This document shows, in pieces, positions 49,138 to 57,698 of a stretch of 64,000 bases of DNA. The DNA lies in contig CAWEIS010000025.1 in the NCBI GenBank assembly GCA_963809205.1, positions 108,445 to 172,444 on the forward strand, in the 5' to 3' direction. A program made the translations under genes and the position numbers. The DNA comes from an uncultured Actinomycetes bacterium. GTDB taxonomy: Bacteria; Actinomycetota; Thermoleophilia; Gaiellales; JAICJC01. Under the pieces are notes generated by a model. That model did no database searches. It saw nothing but the letters and a program-made list of their open reading frames with translations, and was not told the DNA's origin. The stretch's first letter is position 1; every line of letters begins with the position of its first letter.

Positions 49138-49373
49138 GGGGATCGCGGTCAACGACATCGCCGTCACGGTCGCGCGACCTCGACCTGCGCGGCACGCTGG
49201 GGATCGACCGCGAGGCGCCGGTCGGCTTCACCGACATCCGCCTGTCGTTCGCCATCGACGCCCCGGGCACGAGCGAGGACGACCTGGCGGCGCTCCGGCA
49301 CAAGACCGAGCGCTACTGCGTCGTCATGCAGACGCTGCTCGGCCCGCCTGCGGTCTCGACGACCTGGGCGTAG
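49138..49373 (+). pseudogene. OsmC/Ohr-family gene remnant (C-terminal half only)
   Basis: GIAVNDIAVTVA then, after a frame slip near 49171-49176, DLDLRGTLGIDREAPVGFTDIRLSFAIDAPGTSEDDLAALRHKTERYCVVMQTL. I could not find the N-terminal half, which carries the active-site Cys region, in any frame upstream. Confidence 0.6.
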
Positions 49374-49677
49374 CCGGGCCGTCAGCCGCTCGGCTGTCCA
49401 GCCGCAGCGTCCACGGCTCGATCGACGCCACCACCAGGTGCGAGCCGCTCCACGGGTCGCGGGCCAGCCGCTCGACCACCGCGTCCTCTGACACCGCCTC
49501 GATCACGTGCGCGACGCGAACCTCGTCGGCCAGCGGCCCGCCGAGCACGATGAACCCGTCGTCCACCAGCTCGTCCATGAACGCGGCGTGCTCGGCCCAC
49601 CGGGACTGGTCCTCGAGCGGCAGGCTGCCGTCCCACCGGGGGCCGGTGCGGTGGACGATGACCAGGAACGCCGCCAT
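49324..49677 (-). CDS. YciI-like / DGPF-domain small protein
   Basis: 117 aa beginning MAAFLVIVHRTGPRWDGSLPLEDQSRWAEHAAFMDELVDDGFIVLGGPL. Confidence 0.65.
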   Translation of the reverse strand: MAAFLVIVHRTGPRWDGSLPLEDQSRWAEHAAFMDELVDDGFIVLGGPLADEVRVAHVIEAVSEDAVVERLARDPWSGSHLVVASIEPWTLRLDSRAADGPATPRSSRPQAGRAASA

Positions 49678-49751
49678 ACCGCCGATTCTGGCACAGCTGC
49701 ATGCCCCGAACGGGGGTCACGGGCGTATGGGCGCGGGCCGAAAACGCACCC

Positions 49752-50465
49752 ATGAGGCTCACCCGTGCCACGATCGCGATCGTTCTCGCCCTGCTGCTGC
49801 CGGCCGCCGTCGGCTGCGGCAGCTCGAGCGGCGGCTCCTCGTCGTCGCCCGCGGCGGCCGTCGACAACGGCGAGTCGGCCAAGGCGCCGGGTCAGATCCT
49901 CTCCGACGTGAACGACGCCGTGCGGGGTGCCAAGTCGGTGCACATGAGCGGCGCGGTGAACAGCGACTCGTCGGACATCGGGTTCGACGTGATGCTGTCG
50001 TCGGACGCGGCCAAGGGCACGCTCACGCTGAGCGGGAACGAGATCAAGCTCGTGCGCGTGGGAGACGCCGCGTACTTCAGCGGCAGCCCCGAGTTCTACA
50101 AGACGCTCGGCGGCGGCGACGCGGCGGCCAACCTGCTCCAGGGCCGCTGGATCAAGATCCCGAGCACCGACAGCCGGTTCGCCAGCTTCGAGCAGTTCAC
50201 CGACAAGGGCAAGCTGTTCTCGAGCATGCTGCAGGCCGAAGGCACGGTCACCAAGTCCGGCGTGCGGACGTACAACGGCCAGAAGGTCGTCGTCCTGCGT
50301 GACTCGGACGGCGGCGGCGACCTGTACATCGCCGCGTCGGGCAAGCCGTATCCGGTCGCGATCGTCTCGACGGGCGACAAGCAGGGCACGATCACCTTCA
50401 CCGGGTGGGACGAGCCCGTCGACGTCAGCGCGCCGGCCGACGCGATCGACCTCTCGCAGCTCTAG
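49752..50465 (+). CDS. lipoprotein of unknown function (LolA/LprG-fold-like, tentative)
   Basis: ATG at 49752 gives MRLTRATIAIVLALLLPAAVGCGSS, a lipobox signal. The mature part is beta-rich. Confidence 0.7.
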   Translation: MRLTRATIAIVLALLLPAAVGCGSSSGGSSSSPAAAVDNGESAKAPGQILSDVNDAVRGAKSVHMSGAVNSDSSDIGFDVMLSSDAAKGTLTLSGNEIKLVRVGDAAYFSGSPEFYKTLGGGDAAANLLQGRWIKIPSTDSRFASFEQFTDKGKLFSSMLQAEGTVTKSGVRTYNGQKVVVLRDSDGGGDLYIAASGKPYPVAIVSTGDKQGTITFTGWDEPVDVSAPADAIDLSQL

Positions 50466-50531
50466 CGCGCCCTCCGGATCCGCCCGCAGACGGCGTTCCT
50501 GAACGCCCGATTCGCCGGGTGAGCGAACGGT

Positions 50532-50570
50532 CGGGAACCCGCCCGCGGAGCGGCCGCGGGCGGGTTCCCG
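50532..50570. terminator. 17-bp perfect GC-rich hairpin CGGGAACCCGCCCGCGG-agcgg-CCGCGGGCGGGTTCCCG
   Basis: Read directly from the sequence. It lies between the lipoprotein gene and rpmG. No U-tract follows. Confidence 0.5.
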
Positions 50571-50622
50571 GAGCCATCTCCTGTGCTACCGTTGGTCGGC
50601 TCAACCGACGAGAGGTTTACGC

Positions 50623-50784
50623 GTGGCCACAGGAGTACGAGTACTGGTGACGATGGCTTGCACCGAGTGCAAGCGGCGCAACTACCAGACGAACAAGTCC
50701 AAGCGGAACTCGCCCGACAGGCTGGAGTTCAGCAAATACTGCAAATGGTGCGGCAAGCACACGCTGCACCGGGAAACCCGCTAG
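50623..50784 (+). CDS. rpmG: 50S ribosomal protein L33 (zinc-ribbon C+ form)
   Basis: Below the track length cut-off. GTG at 50623 (GAGAGG upstream) gives [53 protein letters not shown]. Confidence 0.92.
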   Translation: MATGVRVLVTMACTECKRRNYQTNKSKRNSPDRLEFSKYCKWCGKHTLHRETR

Positions 50785-50837
50785 GCAGCACCTTGGCGCG
50801 GAGGAACCGACAGCAGCCCCAGCAGGGCCGGCGCAGC

Positions 50838-51098
50838 GTGACCGCGCCGGTGGCGGGGAAGCCCAAGAGCCAGTCCGGCGGCGAGCCGGTCGAGCGGCCG
50901 AACCTCATACGCCGCGTCGTCGGGTTCACCGGCGAAGTTCGCGGCGAGCTGGCCAAGACGGACTTTCCCGACCGGCACCAGACGTGGCAGTCGACCTCGG
51001 TCGTGATCGCGGCCTGCGTGCTCGTCGGCCTCTACCTGTACGGGCTCGACCAGGCCTTCGCCCGCCTGGTGCAGAAGCTCGTCGAACTCCAGAACTGA
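50838..51098 (+). CDS. secE: preprotein translocase subunit SecE
   Basis: Tail of track ORF 50583-51098: FTGEVRGELAKTDFPDRHQTWQSTSVVIAACVLVGLYLYGLD, a single TM segment. Its position before nusG is conserved. The start (GTG 50838) is uncertain. Confidence 0.8.
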   Translation: MTAPVAGKPKSQSGGEPVERPNLIRRVVGFTGEVRGELAKTDFPDRHQTWQSTSVVIAACVLVGLYLYGLDQAFARLVQKLVELQN

Positions 51099-51111
51099 CC
51101 CGAAGGACACA

Positions 51112-51645
51112 ATGTTTCGCTGGTACGTGATCAACACCTACTCCGGCCACGAGAACAAGGTGAAGGCCAATCTCGAGCACCGGATCAAGTCGATGAGCAA
51201 GGAGATGACCGTGCGCCGCGTGGTCGTCCCGACCGAGTCCGTGGTCGAGACCAAGGACGGACAGAAGGTGCAGGCCGAGCGGCGGCTGTGGCCCGGATAC
51301 GTCCTGGTCAACATGGACCTGGACGTCGACAAGGAGGCCTGGGGCCTGGTCAAGAACACGCCCGGGGTCACCGGCTTCGTCGGCGCGTCCGGCCAGCCCG
51401 TCCCGCTCAGCCAGGGCGAGGTCGACCGCATGTTGCACTCGCAGGCGACGACGACCGCCGTGCCCAAGCAGAAGGCCGAGTTCCAGCTGGGCGAGAGCGT
51501 CAAGGTGATCTCCGGCCCGCTGTCGGACTTCGACGGCGAGATCGCGGAGATCAACCACGACCAGAGCAAGCTCAAGGTGCTCGTGTCGATCTTCGAGCGG
51601 CAGGTGCCGGTCGAGCTCGAGTTCGACAAGGTCAAGAAGATTTAG
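51112..51645 (+). CDS. nusG: transcription termination/antitermination factor NusG
   Basis: 177 aa. WYVINTYSGHENKV is the NGN domain. The C-terminal KOW is GESVKVISGPLSDFDGEIAEIN. Confidence 0.95.
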   Translation: MFRWYVINTYSGHENKVKANLEHRIKSMSKEMTVRRVVVPTESVVETKDGQKVQAERRLWPGYVLVNMDLDVDKEAWGLVKNTPGVTGFVGASGQPVPLSQGEVDRMLHSQATTTAVPKQKAEFQLGESVKVISGPLSDFDGEIAEINHDQSKLKVLVSIFERQVPVELEFDKVKKI

Positions 51646-51755
51646 ACTGTGACTCGGCCCGACAGGGCGGAGTCAACCTGAATTCTCTTCGAAGTACAGA
51701 AGCAGTAGCGACGTGGGAGCTCCCCCAGGAGCGTTTGCACCACAGGAGGTAGCCC

Positions 51756-52184
51756 GTGGCCAAGAAGGTCATCAAAGTCATCAAGCTGCAGATCCCCGCC
51801 GGGCAGGCGAACCCGGCACCGCCGGTCGGGCCCGCGCTGGGCCAGCACGGCGTCAACATCATGGACTTCTGCAAGGCGTTCAACGCCGCGACGCAGGGGC
51901 CCAACGCCGGGCAGATCACGCCCGTCGAGATCTCGGTGTTCGAGGATCGCTCGTTCACCTTCATCACCAAGACGCCACCGGCAGCCGTCCTGATCAAGGA
52001 GGCGCTGAACCTGCAGTCCGGCTCGGGCGAGCCGAACCGCGCCAAGGTGGGGACGCTGTCCCGGGATCAGCTGCGGTCGATCGCCGAGCGCAAGATGCCC
52101 GATCTGAATGCGAACGACGTCGAGGCCGCGATGAAGATCGTGGCCGGCACCGCCCGCTCGATGGGCGTGGAGGTGAGGGCCTGA
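51756..52184 (+). CDS. rplK: 50S ribosomal protein L11
   Basis: 142 aa. [41 protein letters not shown] lies upstream of the GTG. Confidence 0.97.
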   Translation: MAKKVIKVIKLQIPAGQANPAPPVGPALGQHGVNIMDFCKAFNAATQGPNAGQITPVEISVFEDRSFTFITKTPPAAVLIKEALNLQSGSGEPNRAKVGTLSRDQLRSIAERKMPDLNANDVEAAMKIVAGTARSMGVEVRA

Positions 52185-52900
52185 TGCCGGGTAAGCGCTA
52201 TAGCACCGCTCTCCAGCAGGTCGACCGCGAGAAGCAGTACGCGCCGCTCGAGGCGGTGCGCCTGCTGAAGTCGCTGGACACGTCCAAGTTCGATGAGACG
52301 GTCGAGGTGCACATGCGCCTCGGCGTCAACGTGCGCCACGCCGACCAGCAGCTGCGCGGCACGCTGTTCCTGCCCCACGGCCTGGGCAAGACGGTCACCG
52401 TCGCGGTGTTCGCCCAGGGCGAGAAGGCGAAGGAGGCCGAGGAGGCCGGCGCCGATTTCGTCGGCGGCGACGACCTCGCCGGCCGGATCACCGAGGGCTG
52501 GACGGACTTCGACGTCGCCATCGCGACGCCGGACATGATGGGTACCGTCGGCAAGCTCGGCCGCGTCCTCGGTCCGCAGGGCAAGATGCCGAGCCCGAAG
52601 GCCGGGACGATCACGTTCGACATCTCCAAGGCAGTGTCCGATGTCAAGTCGGGCAAGATCGAGTACCGCACCGACCGCACGGGGATCATCCACGCGTCGC
52701 TCGGCAAGAAGTCGTTCGACGAGACGGCGCTGGTCGAGAACTACCAGGCCGTGCTGGAGGAGATCCTGCGTGTCAAGCCGGCGGCCGCCAAGGGCCGCTA
52801 CCTGCGCTCGGTCACGCTGGCTTCGACGATGGGCCCGGGGCTGCGGCTCGACACGACCAAGACCCGGGACCTGCTCGAGGAGGCTGCGCCGACCGCGTAG
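52184..52900 (+). CDS. rplA: 50S ribosomal protein L1
   Basis: ATG at 52184 overlaps the rplK stop. Sequence includes KRYSTALQQVD...FDETVEVHMRLGVNVRHADQQLRGT. Confidence 0.95.
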   Translation: MPGKRYSTALQQVDREKQYAPLEAVRLLKSLDTSKFDETVEVHMRLGVNVRHADQQLRGTLFLPHGLGKTVTVAVFAQGEKAKEAEEAGADFVGGDDLAGRITEGWTDFDVAIATPDMMGTVGKLGRVLGPQGKMPSPKAGTITFDISKAVSDVKSGKIEYRTDRTGIIHASLGKKSFDETALVENYQAVLEEILRVKPAAAKGRYLRSVTLASTMGPGLRLDTTKTRDLLEEAAPTA

Positions 52901-53071
52901 ACTCCGGTTTCGATTTCGAAAACCGCGCGTCCGCGCCGTAGACCGTCGGGGCCTCAGGGCTCAAACCACCACCCGACCGAGGCCGCGGGAGCAGGGTGCG
53001 ACGTCCTCTCGTCGCCGCCTGCGTCCGCCCTCACCGGCGGACGAACCCAGGCGACGAGAGGAGGTGGAAGA
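52901..53071 (+). promoter_or_regulatory. rplJ (L10) leader with a Shine-Dalgarno-sequestering extended hairpin at 53005-53061
   Basis: CCTCTCGTC pairs with GACGAGAGG. The GACGAGAGG arm overlaps the GAGAGGAGG ribosome-binding site. Inner helices are GCCTG/CAGGC and GTCCGCC/GGCGGAC. The position matches known L10(L12)4 autoregulatory leaders. Confidence 0.55.
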
Positions 53072-53605
53072 GTGAACAGCGAAGAGAAGCGCGCCGTGGT
53101 CGAGCGGCTGGTCGAGCAGATCAGGGACGCGAACGCGCTGATCGTGACCGACTACCGCGGGCTCACGGTGACCGAGACCGCGGAGCTGCGCCGCTCGCTG
53201 CGCGAGGCCGGCGCGTCGTTCCGGGTCGCGAAGAACACGCTGGCGAAGCTGGCGGCCGAGCAGGCCGATCGGCCGAGCCTGATCGAGTTCCTCGAGGGCC
53301 CCACGGCGATCGCCTTCATCGCGGACGACCCGGCCCCCGTCGCCAAGAAGCTGACGGAGGCCGCACGGTCGACCAGGATCCTGGCCGTCAAGGGCGGGGT
53401 CATGAACGGCCGCACGCTGACGGCAGACGAGGTGCGGCAGCTCGGCGAGCTGCCACCCCGCGAGGTGCTGCTGTCGCAGGTGGTCGGCGCCATCGCCGGT
53501 CCGGCACAGAACACGGTCGGCGTCCTTGCGGCGCCGCTCCGCGACATCGTCGCGGTGCTGGACGCCTATATCGCACAGAAGCAGGCGGCGGAGAACGCCG
53601 CCTAG
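53072..53605 (+). CDS. rplJ: 50S ribosomal protein L10
   Basis: 177 aa. LIVTDYRGLTVTETAELRRSLREAGASFRVAKNTL. Confidence 0.95.
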   Translation: MNSEEKRAVVERLVEQIRDANALIVTDYRGLTVTETAELRRSLREAGASFRVAKNTLAKLAAEQADRPSLIEFLEGPTAIAFIADDPAPVAKKLTEAARSTRILAVKGGVMNGRTLTADEVRQLGELPPREVLLSQVVGAIAGPAQNTVGVLAAPLRDIVAVLDAYIAQKQAAENAA

Positions 53606-53632
53606 AAGATCCCACCCGGAGGTACGAACACC

Positions 53633-54013
53633 ATGGCAGTTGAGAACATCGTCGAGGAGCTGAACAAGCTCTCGGTGCTGGAGCTGGTCGAGCTGAAGAA
53701 CACGCTCGAGGAGCAGTGGGGCGTGACCGCCGCGGCGGCCGCTCCGGTGATGGTTCAGGCCGCCGCCGGTGGCGGCGGTGATGCCGCCGCCGCCGAGGAG
53801 CAGACGGCGTTCGACGTCGTCCTGACCTCGACCGGCGACAAGAAAATCCAGGTCATCAAGGTCATCCGCGAACTGACCGGCCTGGGCCTGAAGGAGGCCA
53901 AGGCGGTCGCCGACGAGGCCCCCGCCCCCGTCAAGGAGGGCGTGGCCAAGGAGGAGGCCGAGCAGATGAAGGCCAAGCTCGAAGAGGCCGGCGCAGGCGT
54001 GGAGCTCAAGTAG
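53633..54013 (+). CDS. rplL: 50S ribosomal protein L7/L12
   Basis: 126 aa. [19 protein letters not shown], an Ala/Gly hinge, then [20 protein letters not shown]. Confidence 0.97.
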   Translation: MAVENIVEELNKLSVLELVELKNTLEEQWGVTAAAAAPVMVQAAAGGGGDAAAAEEQTAFDVVLTSTGDKKIQVIKVIRELTGLGLKEAKAVADEAPAPVKEGVAKEEAEQMKAKLEEAGAGVELK

Positions 54014-54035
54014 CCACTGCCGTGACCGCCGCGGG

Positions 54036-54062
54036 GCGGGAACCGCTTGTCCCGGTTCCCGC
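54036..54062 (+). terminator. hairpin GCGGGAACCG-cttgtcc-CGGTTCCCGC after rplL
   Basis: 10-bp perfect stem starting 23 nt after the rplL stop. There is no clear U-tract. It shares the CGGGAACC core with the 50532 hairpin. Confidence 0.5.
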
Positions 54063-54080
54063 TCTCGCGGCGCGGTAGAA

Positions 54081-54755
54081 TTGATCCTTGTGGAAAAAGC
54101 ATCGTGCATCCGCCCCTTCGCCTCGCTGCGGGCGAAGCCGTCGGACAAGGGCGAGCAGCACACGCAGGCGCTCTTCGGCGATCCGGTCGACGTTGTCGAG
54201 TGCAAGAACGGCTGGGCGAAGGTCGTGCTCTCCGACGGGTACGAGGGATTCGTCGAGGCCGACGCGCTCGGCGAGCCGCCGCAGAAGGAGCGCGCGCACG
54301 TCGTTGTCGTGCCCCAGGCGGCCGACCGCTACATGGGCACCTGGCTGCCGGCGCCGGGGCTGCGCACCGAGCCGCTGGCCGCGGCGCGCCGCAAGGCGAC
54401 CGGCGATGCGATCGCCGAGGCCGCGCTGATGTTCCTCGGCGCCCCGTACGAGTGGGGCGGTGTGACGGTGGAGGGGCTCGACTGCTCGGGCCTCGTCCAG
54501 GCCGTGCACCGGCGGTTCGGCACGCTGCTGCCGCGAAACGCCGACCAGCAGGAGCAGGTGGGCGAGGCGATCGATCGGGCGGACGCCCGGCCCGGCGACC
54601 TGTTCTGCTACGGCGACCACATCGCCATCTACCTGGGCGACAACCGGATCGTGCACGCCGCCGAGTCGCACGGCAAGGTCGTCGAAGAGAAGCAGCCCGC
54701 CGAGCTCGGCAAGCGGCTCCGCGCGGTGCGCCGCGTTTTCGACGGCGACGACTGA
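54081..54755 (+). CDS. NlpC/P60 (C40) peptidase with an N-terminal SH3-like domain
   Basis: GAPYEWGGVTVEGLDCSGLV carries the catalytic Cys and GDHIAIYLG the His. The start is TTG 54081 or GTG 54090. No signal peptide is obvious. Confidence 0.85.
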   Translation: MILVEKASCIRPFASLRAKPSDKGEQHTQALFGDPVDVVECKNGWAKVVLSDGYEGFVEADALGEPPQKERAHVVVVPQAADRYMGTWLPAPGLRTEPLAAARRKATGDAIAEAALMFLGAPYEWGGVTVEGLDCSGLVQAVHRRFGTLLPRNADQQEQVGEAIDRADARPGDLFCYGDHIAIYLGDNRIVHAAESHGKVVEEKQPAELGKRLRAVRRVFDGDD

Positions 54756-54837
54756 GCTTTGGGATTACTAACATCGCGACGCGCGCGGCGTCAAAGATGT
54801 CGTTCGCGTTGTGCGGTCAGGACAAAGGGGTGAGCTG

Positions 54838-56565
54838 ATGGTCTCTCGTCGTCGTGTGTTGCTCGGACTTGCGCTGTGCGCGGTGGCGGTTGCCGCCGGC
54901 TGCGGCGGCGGGTCCTCGTCGTCATCGGGTTCGGGAGGCAGCGGTGGCTCGTCCAGCACCGCGTCAGGCTCGCCGCAGAAGGGCGGGACGTTCACCATCC
55001 TGGCCAACTCCAACTTCGGCGTCGCCGACCCCGCGCAGAACTACACCCTGCAGCAGTGGGCGCTTCTGATCGACACCCATGACGGGCTGGTCGGCTTCAA
55101 GCGCGCCGGCGGCAGCGCGGGCACGGAACTCGTGCCCGACCTGGCCACCGAGATCCCGGAGCCCACGGACGGCGGCAAGACCTACACGTTCCAGCTCCGC
55201 GACGGCATCAAGTATTCGGACGGGACGCCGCTCAAGGCGAGCGACTTCGTCACCGTCTTCACCCGCCAGTTCACCGTCCCTGGCCCGGCCAACGGGTTCT
55301 ACGCGGGCATCGTCGGCGGGCAGGAGTGCCTGAAGAACTCGAAGACGTGCGACATGACGCAGGGCGTCGTGGCGGACGACAGCGCGAACACCGTGACCAT
55401 CCACCTGACCGCGCCCGACCCCGAGTTCCTCGACAAGCTGGCGCTGCCGTTCGCGTTCGCCGTGCCCGGCAACACCTCGTTGAAGCTGACCGGCAACAAC
55501 GTGCCGCCCGGTACCGGCCCGTACATGTGGCAGTCGTACAACCCGAACAAGTCCGCGGTGCTCGTCCGCAACCCGAACTTCAAGGAGTGGTCGGCGGAGG
55601 CGCAGCCCAACGGCAATCCCGACTCGATCGTCGAGAAGTTCGGCCTGCCCGTGACCGACGCCGTGACCGCGGTCGAGAACGGAAGCGCGGACGCCGTGTT
55701 CTCCGGCGACTCGATCCCGGCCGACCGGCTGAACGAGATCGACACCCAGTACGCCGACCAGACGCACGTCAACGCGCTGACGGCCGACTGGTACTTCGCA
55801 CTGAACGTCCACGAGCCGCCATTCGACAACCTGCAGGCTCGCCAGGCGATCAACTTCGCCGCCGACCGCACCGCGTACGTGAAGATCGCCGGCGGTCCGT
55901 CGCTGGCGGTGCCGACCTGTCAGATCCTGCCGCCGAACTTCCCGGGCTACGAGCCGTACTGCCCGTACACGGCCGGCGCTGACAGCGACAACACCAAGTG
56001 GACCGGCGTCGACCTGACGAAGGCCAAGGATCTGGTCAAACAGTCCGGCACCAGCGGTGCCAAGGTCGTCGTCAACGGCACCACCGACGAGGTCGGCAAG
56101 GCGCTGGCCCTGCAGATGGTCAGCGACCTCAAGTCGATCGGCTACGACGCCAGCGCGAAGCTGCTGGCCCCCGGCCCGCAGTACCCGTACGTGCAGAACT
56201 CGGACAACCACGTGCAGGTCGCGTGGTCGGCCTGGTACCAGGACTACCCGGCGGCGTCGGACTTCCTGAACGTGCTGCTCGGGTGCGATTCGTACCACCC
56301 GCACAGCGACGCCAGCCCGAACATCGCCGGATTCTGCGACAAGGGCATCCAGGCGAACATGACCAAGGCGTCCAACATGGGCATCACCGATCCTGAGGGT
56401 GCGAACAAGATCTGGGCGCAGGTCGACCACGACGTGACCGACCAGGCTGCGTGGGTCGACCTCTACAACCCGAAGCAGATCGACTTCCTGTCCAAGCGGG
56501 TCCAGGGCTATCAGTGGAGCCCGCAGTGGTACTTGCTCTACGACCAGATCTGGCTGAACCAGTAG
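54838..56565 (+). CDS. ABC transporter substrate-binding lipoprotein, family 5 (peptide/nickel, Opp/Dpp-type)
   Basis: ATG at 54838 (AAGGGGTG upstream) gives MVSRRRVLLGLALCAVAVAAGCGGG, a lipobox signal. YTFQLRDGIKYSDGTPLKASDF is typical of SBP family 5. Confidence 0.88.
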   Translation: MVSRRRVLLGLALCAVAVAAGCGGGSSSSSGSGGSGGSSSTASGSPQKGGTFTILANSNFGVADPAQNYTLQQWALLIDTHDGLVGFKRAGGSAGTELVPDLATEIPEPTDGGKTYTFQLRDGIKYSDGTPLKASDFVTVFTRQFTVPGPANGFYAGIVGGQECLKNSKTCDMTQGVVADDSANTVTIHLTAPDPEFLDKLALPFAFAVPGNTSLKLTGNNVPPGTGPYMWQSYNPNKSAVLVRNPNFKEWSAEAQPNGNPDSIVEKFGLPVTDAVTAVENGSADAVFSGDSIPADRLNEIDTQYADQTHVNALTADWYFALNVHEPPFDNLQARQAINFAADRTAYVKIAGGPSLAVPTCQILPPNFPGYEPYCPYTAGADSDNTKWTGVDLTKAKDLVKQSGTSGAKVVVNGTTDEVGKALALQMVSDLKSIGYDASAKLLAPGPQYPYVQNSDNHVQVAWSAWYQDYPAASDFLNVLLGCDSYHPHSDASPNIAGFCDKGIQANMTKASNMGITDPEGANKIWAQVDHDVTDQAAWVDLYNPKQIDFLSKRVQGYQWSPQWYLLYDQIWLNQ

Positions 56566-56642
56566 CCGGAAGGGCCGTTTCCACCACGGGGCGGGGCGCT
56601 CATTACGAGGGGCGCCCCGCCCCGATGGTAGGCTGAAATCTC

Positions 56643-57698
56643 ATGGCGCAAGTCGCGTTGGAACCGCAGGTCGGGAGCGGTCCGGACGCTGCCCCGTCGG
56701 AGATCGCCGGGCGGAGTCCTTGGGCGCTCGCGTGGAGGCGCTTCCGCCGGAACAAACCGGCGATCGGCGCGCTCGTCGTGTTCGTGCTGATCGTGGTCGT
56801 CAGCCTCTGTGCGCCGCTGTACGCGCACCGGATCGCGCACGTCGACCCGTTCACGAACAACCTCAACGGCACGACGATCGTCAACGGCAAGAAGGTGGCG
56901 CTGATCCAGCAGGGCGGCGGCAAGCTCGGCCTCGGCGAGACGCCGATCGGTCCCACGTGGGATCCCCACCACTACTTCCTGGGCGCCGACAGCTCGGGCC
57001 GTGACGTGGCCGCGCGGATCCTGTACGGCGGACGCAACTCGCTGCTGATCGGGATCGGGTCGGCCGTGATCTGCTCGATCCTCGCGACCATCCTCGCCCT
57101 GATCGCAGGGTTCTACGGCGGCGCGTCCGACTCGGTGCTCTCGCGGACGATGGACGTGATCTGGGCGTTTCCGGTGATCCTGTTCGCGCTCTGCGTCGCA
57201 ACGGTGCTGCTCACCGCGCCCAACGGCCTGCAGGCCGGCCCGATCCACATCACCGCGTCGAGCCTCTGGCTGCCGACGCTGATCATCGCGCTGATCTACA
57301 TCCCGTACGTCTACCGGCCGGTGCGCGGGAACGTGCTCTCCGTGCGCGAGAAGGAGTTCGTGCAGGCGGCGATCGCCCAGGGCGCGTCCAACAGGCGGCT
57401 GGTCTTCAGCGAGGTGCTGCCCAATATCATCTCCGTGGTCATCGTCCTGCTCCCGCTGATGATCGCGACGACCATCCTCACCGAAGCGGCGCTCTCCTTC
57501 CTCGGCGTCGGCGTTCAGGCTCCGGGTGCGAGCTGGGGCACGATCATCGGCGATGGGCAGCAGCTGCTCTACACCCGGCCGTGGGTCGCCATCGCGCCGG
57601 GCATCATGATCCTGCTCACCGTCCTCTCACTGAACGTGCTGGGTGACGGCATCCGCGATGCGCTCGACCCGCGGGCGAAGCTGAGCATCCGCGAGTAG
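56643..57698 (+). CDS. peptide ABC transporter permease (DppC/OppC-like)
   Basis: 351 aa with the WRRFRRNKPAIGALVVF N-terminus and EAA-type loop EFVQAAIAQGASNRR. Confidence 0.88.
   Translation: MAQVALEPQVGSGPDAAPSEIAGRSPWALAWRRFRRNKPAIGALVVFVLIVVVSLCAPLYAHRIAHVDPFTNNLNGTTIVNGKKVALIQQGGGKLGLGETPIGPTWDPHHYFLGADSSGRDVAARILYGGRNSLLIGIGSAVICSILATILALIAGFYGGASDSVLSRTMDVIWAFPVILFALCVATVLLTAPNGLQAGPIHITASSLWLPTLIIALIYIPYVYRPVRGNVLSVREKEFVQAAIAQGASNRRLVFSEVLPNIISVVIVLLPLMIATTILTEAALSFLGVGVQAPGASWGTIIGDGQQLLYTRPWVAIAPGIMILLTVLSLNVLGDGIRDALDPRAKLSIRE

Noticed and set aside
41937-49373. Direct repeat of the tRNA-Met 3' end (att site) or an integrase that would prove a genomic island
   Set aside because: By eye I could not find any copy of GGTTCGAGTCCCTCCTCCGCT or a substantial part of it downstream. 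No integrase, transposase or recombinase-like ORF is present. The island idea is kept only as a low-evidence inference.
50785-50837. Expected tRNA (tRNA-Trp is often found between rpmG and secE in actinobacteria)
   Set aside because: The 53-nt spacer is too short and shows no cloverleaf. The region upstream of rpmG (50466-50622) also contains only a hairpin and no tRNA.
51646-51755. L1-binding autoregulatory leader upstream of rplK
   Set aside because: The position is right and the 110-nt spacer is long enough. I could not identify the 23S-mimic L1 binding motif by eye, so no feature is claimed.
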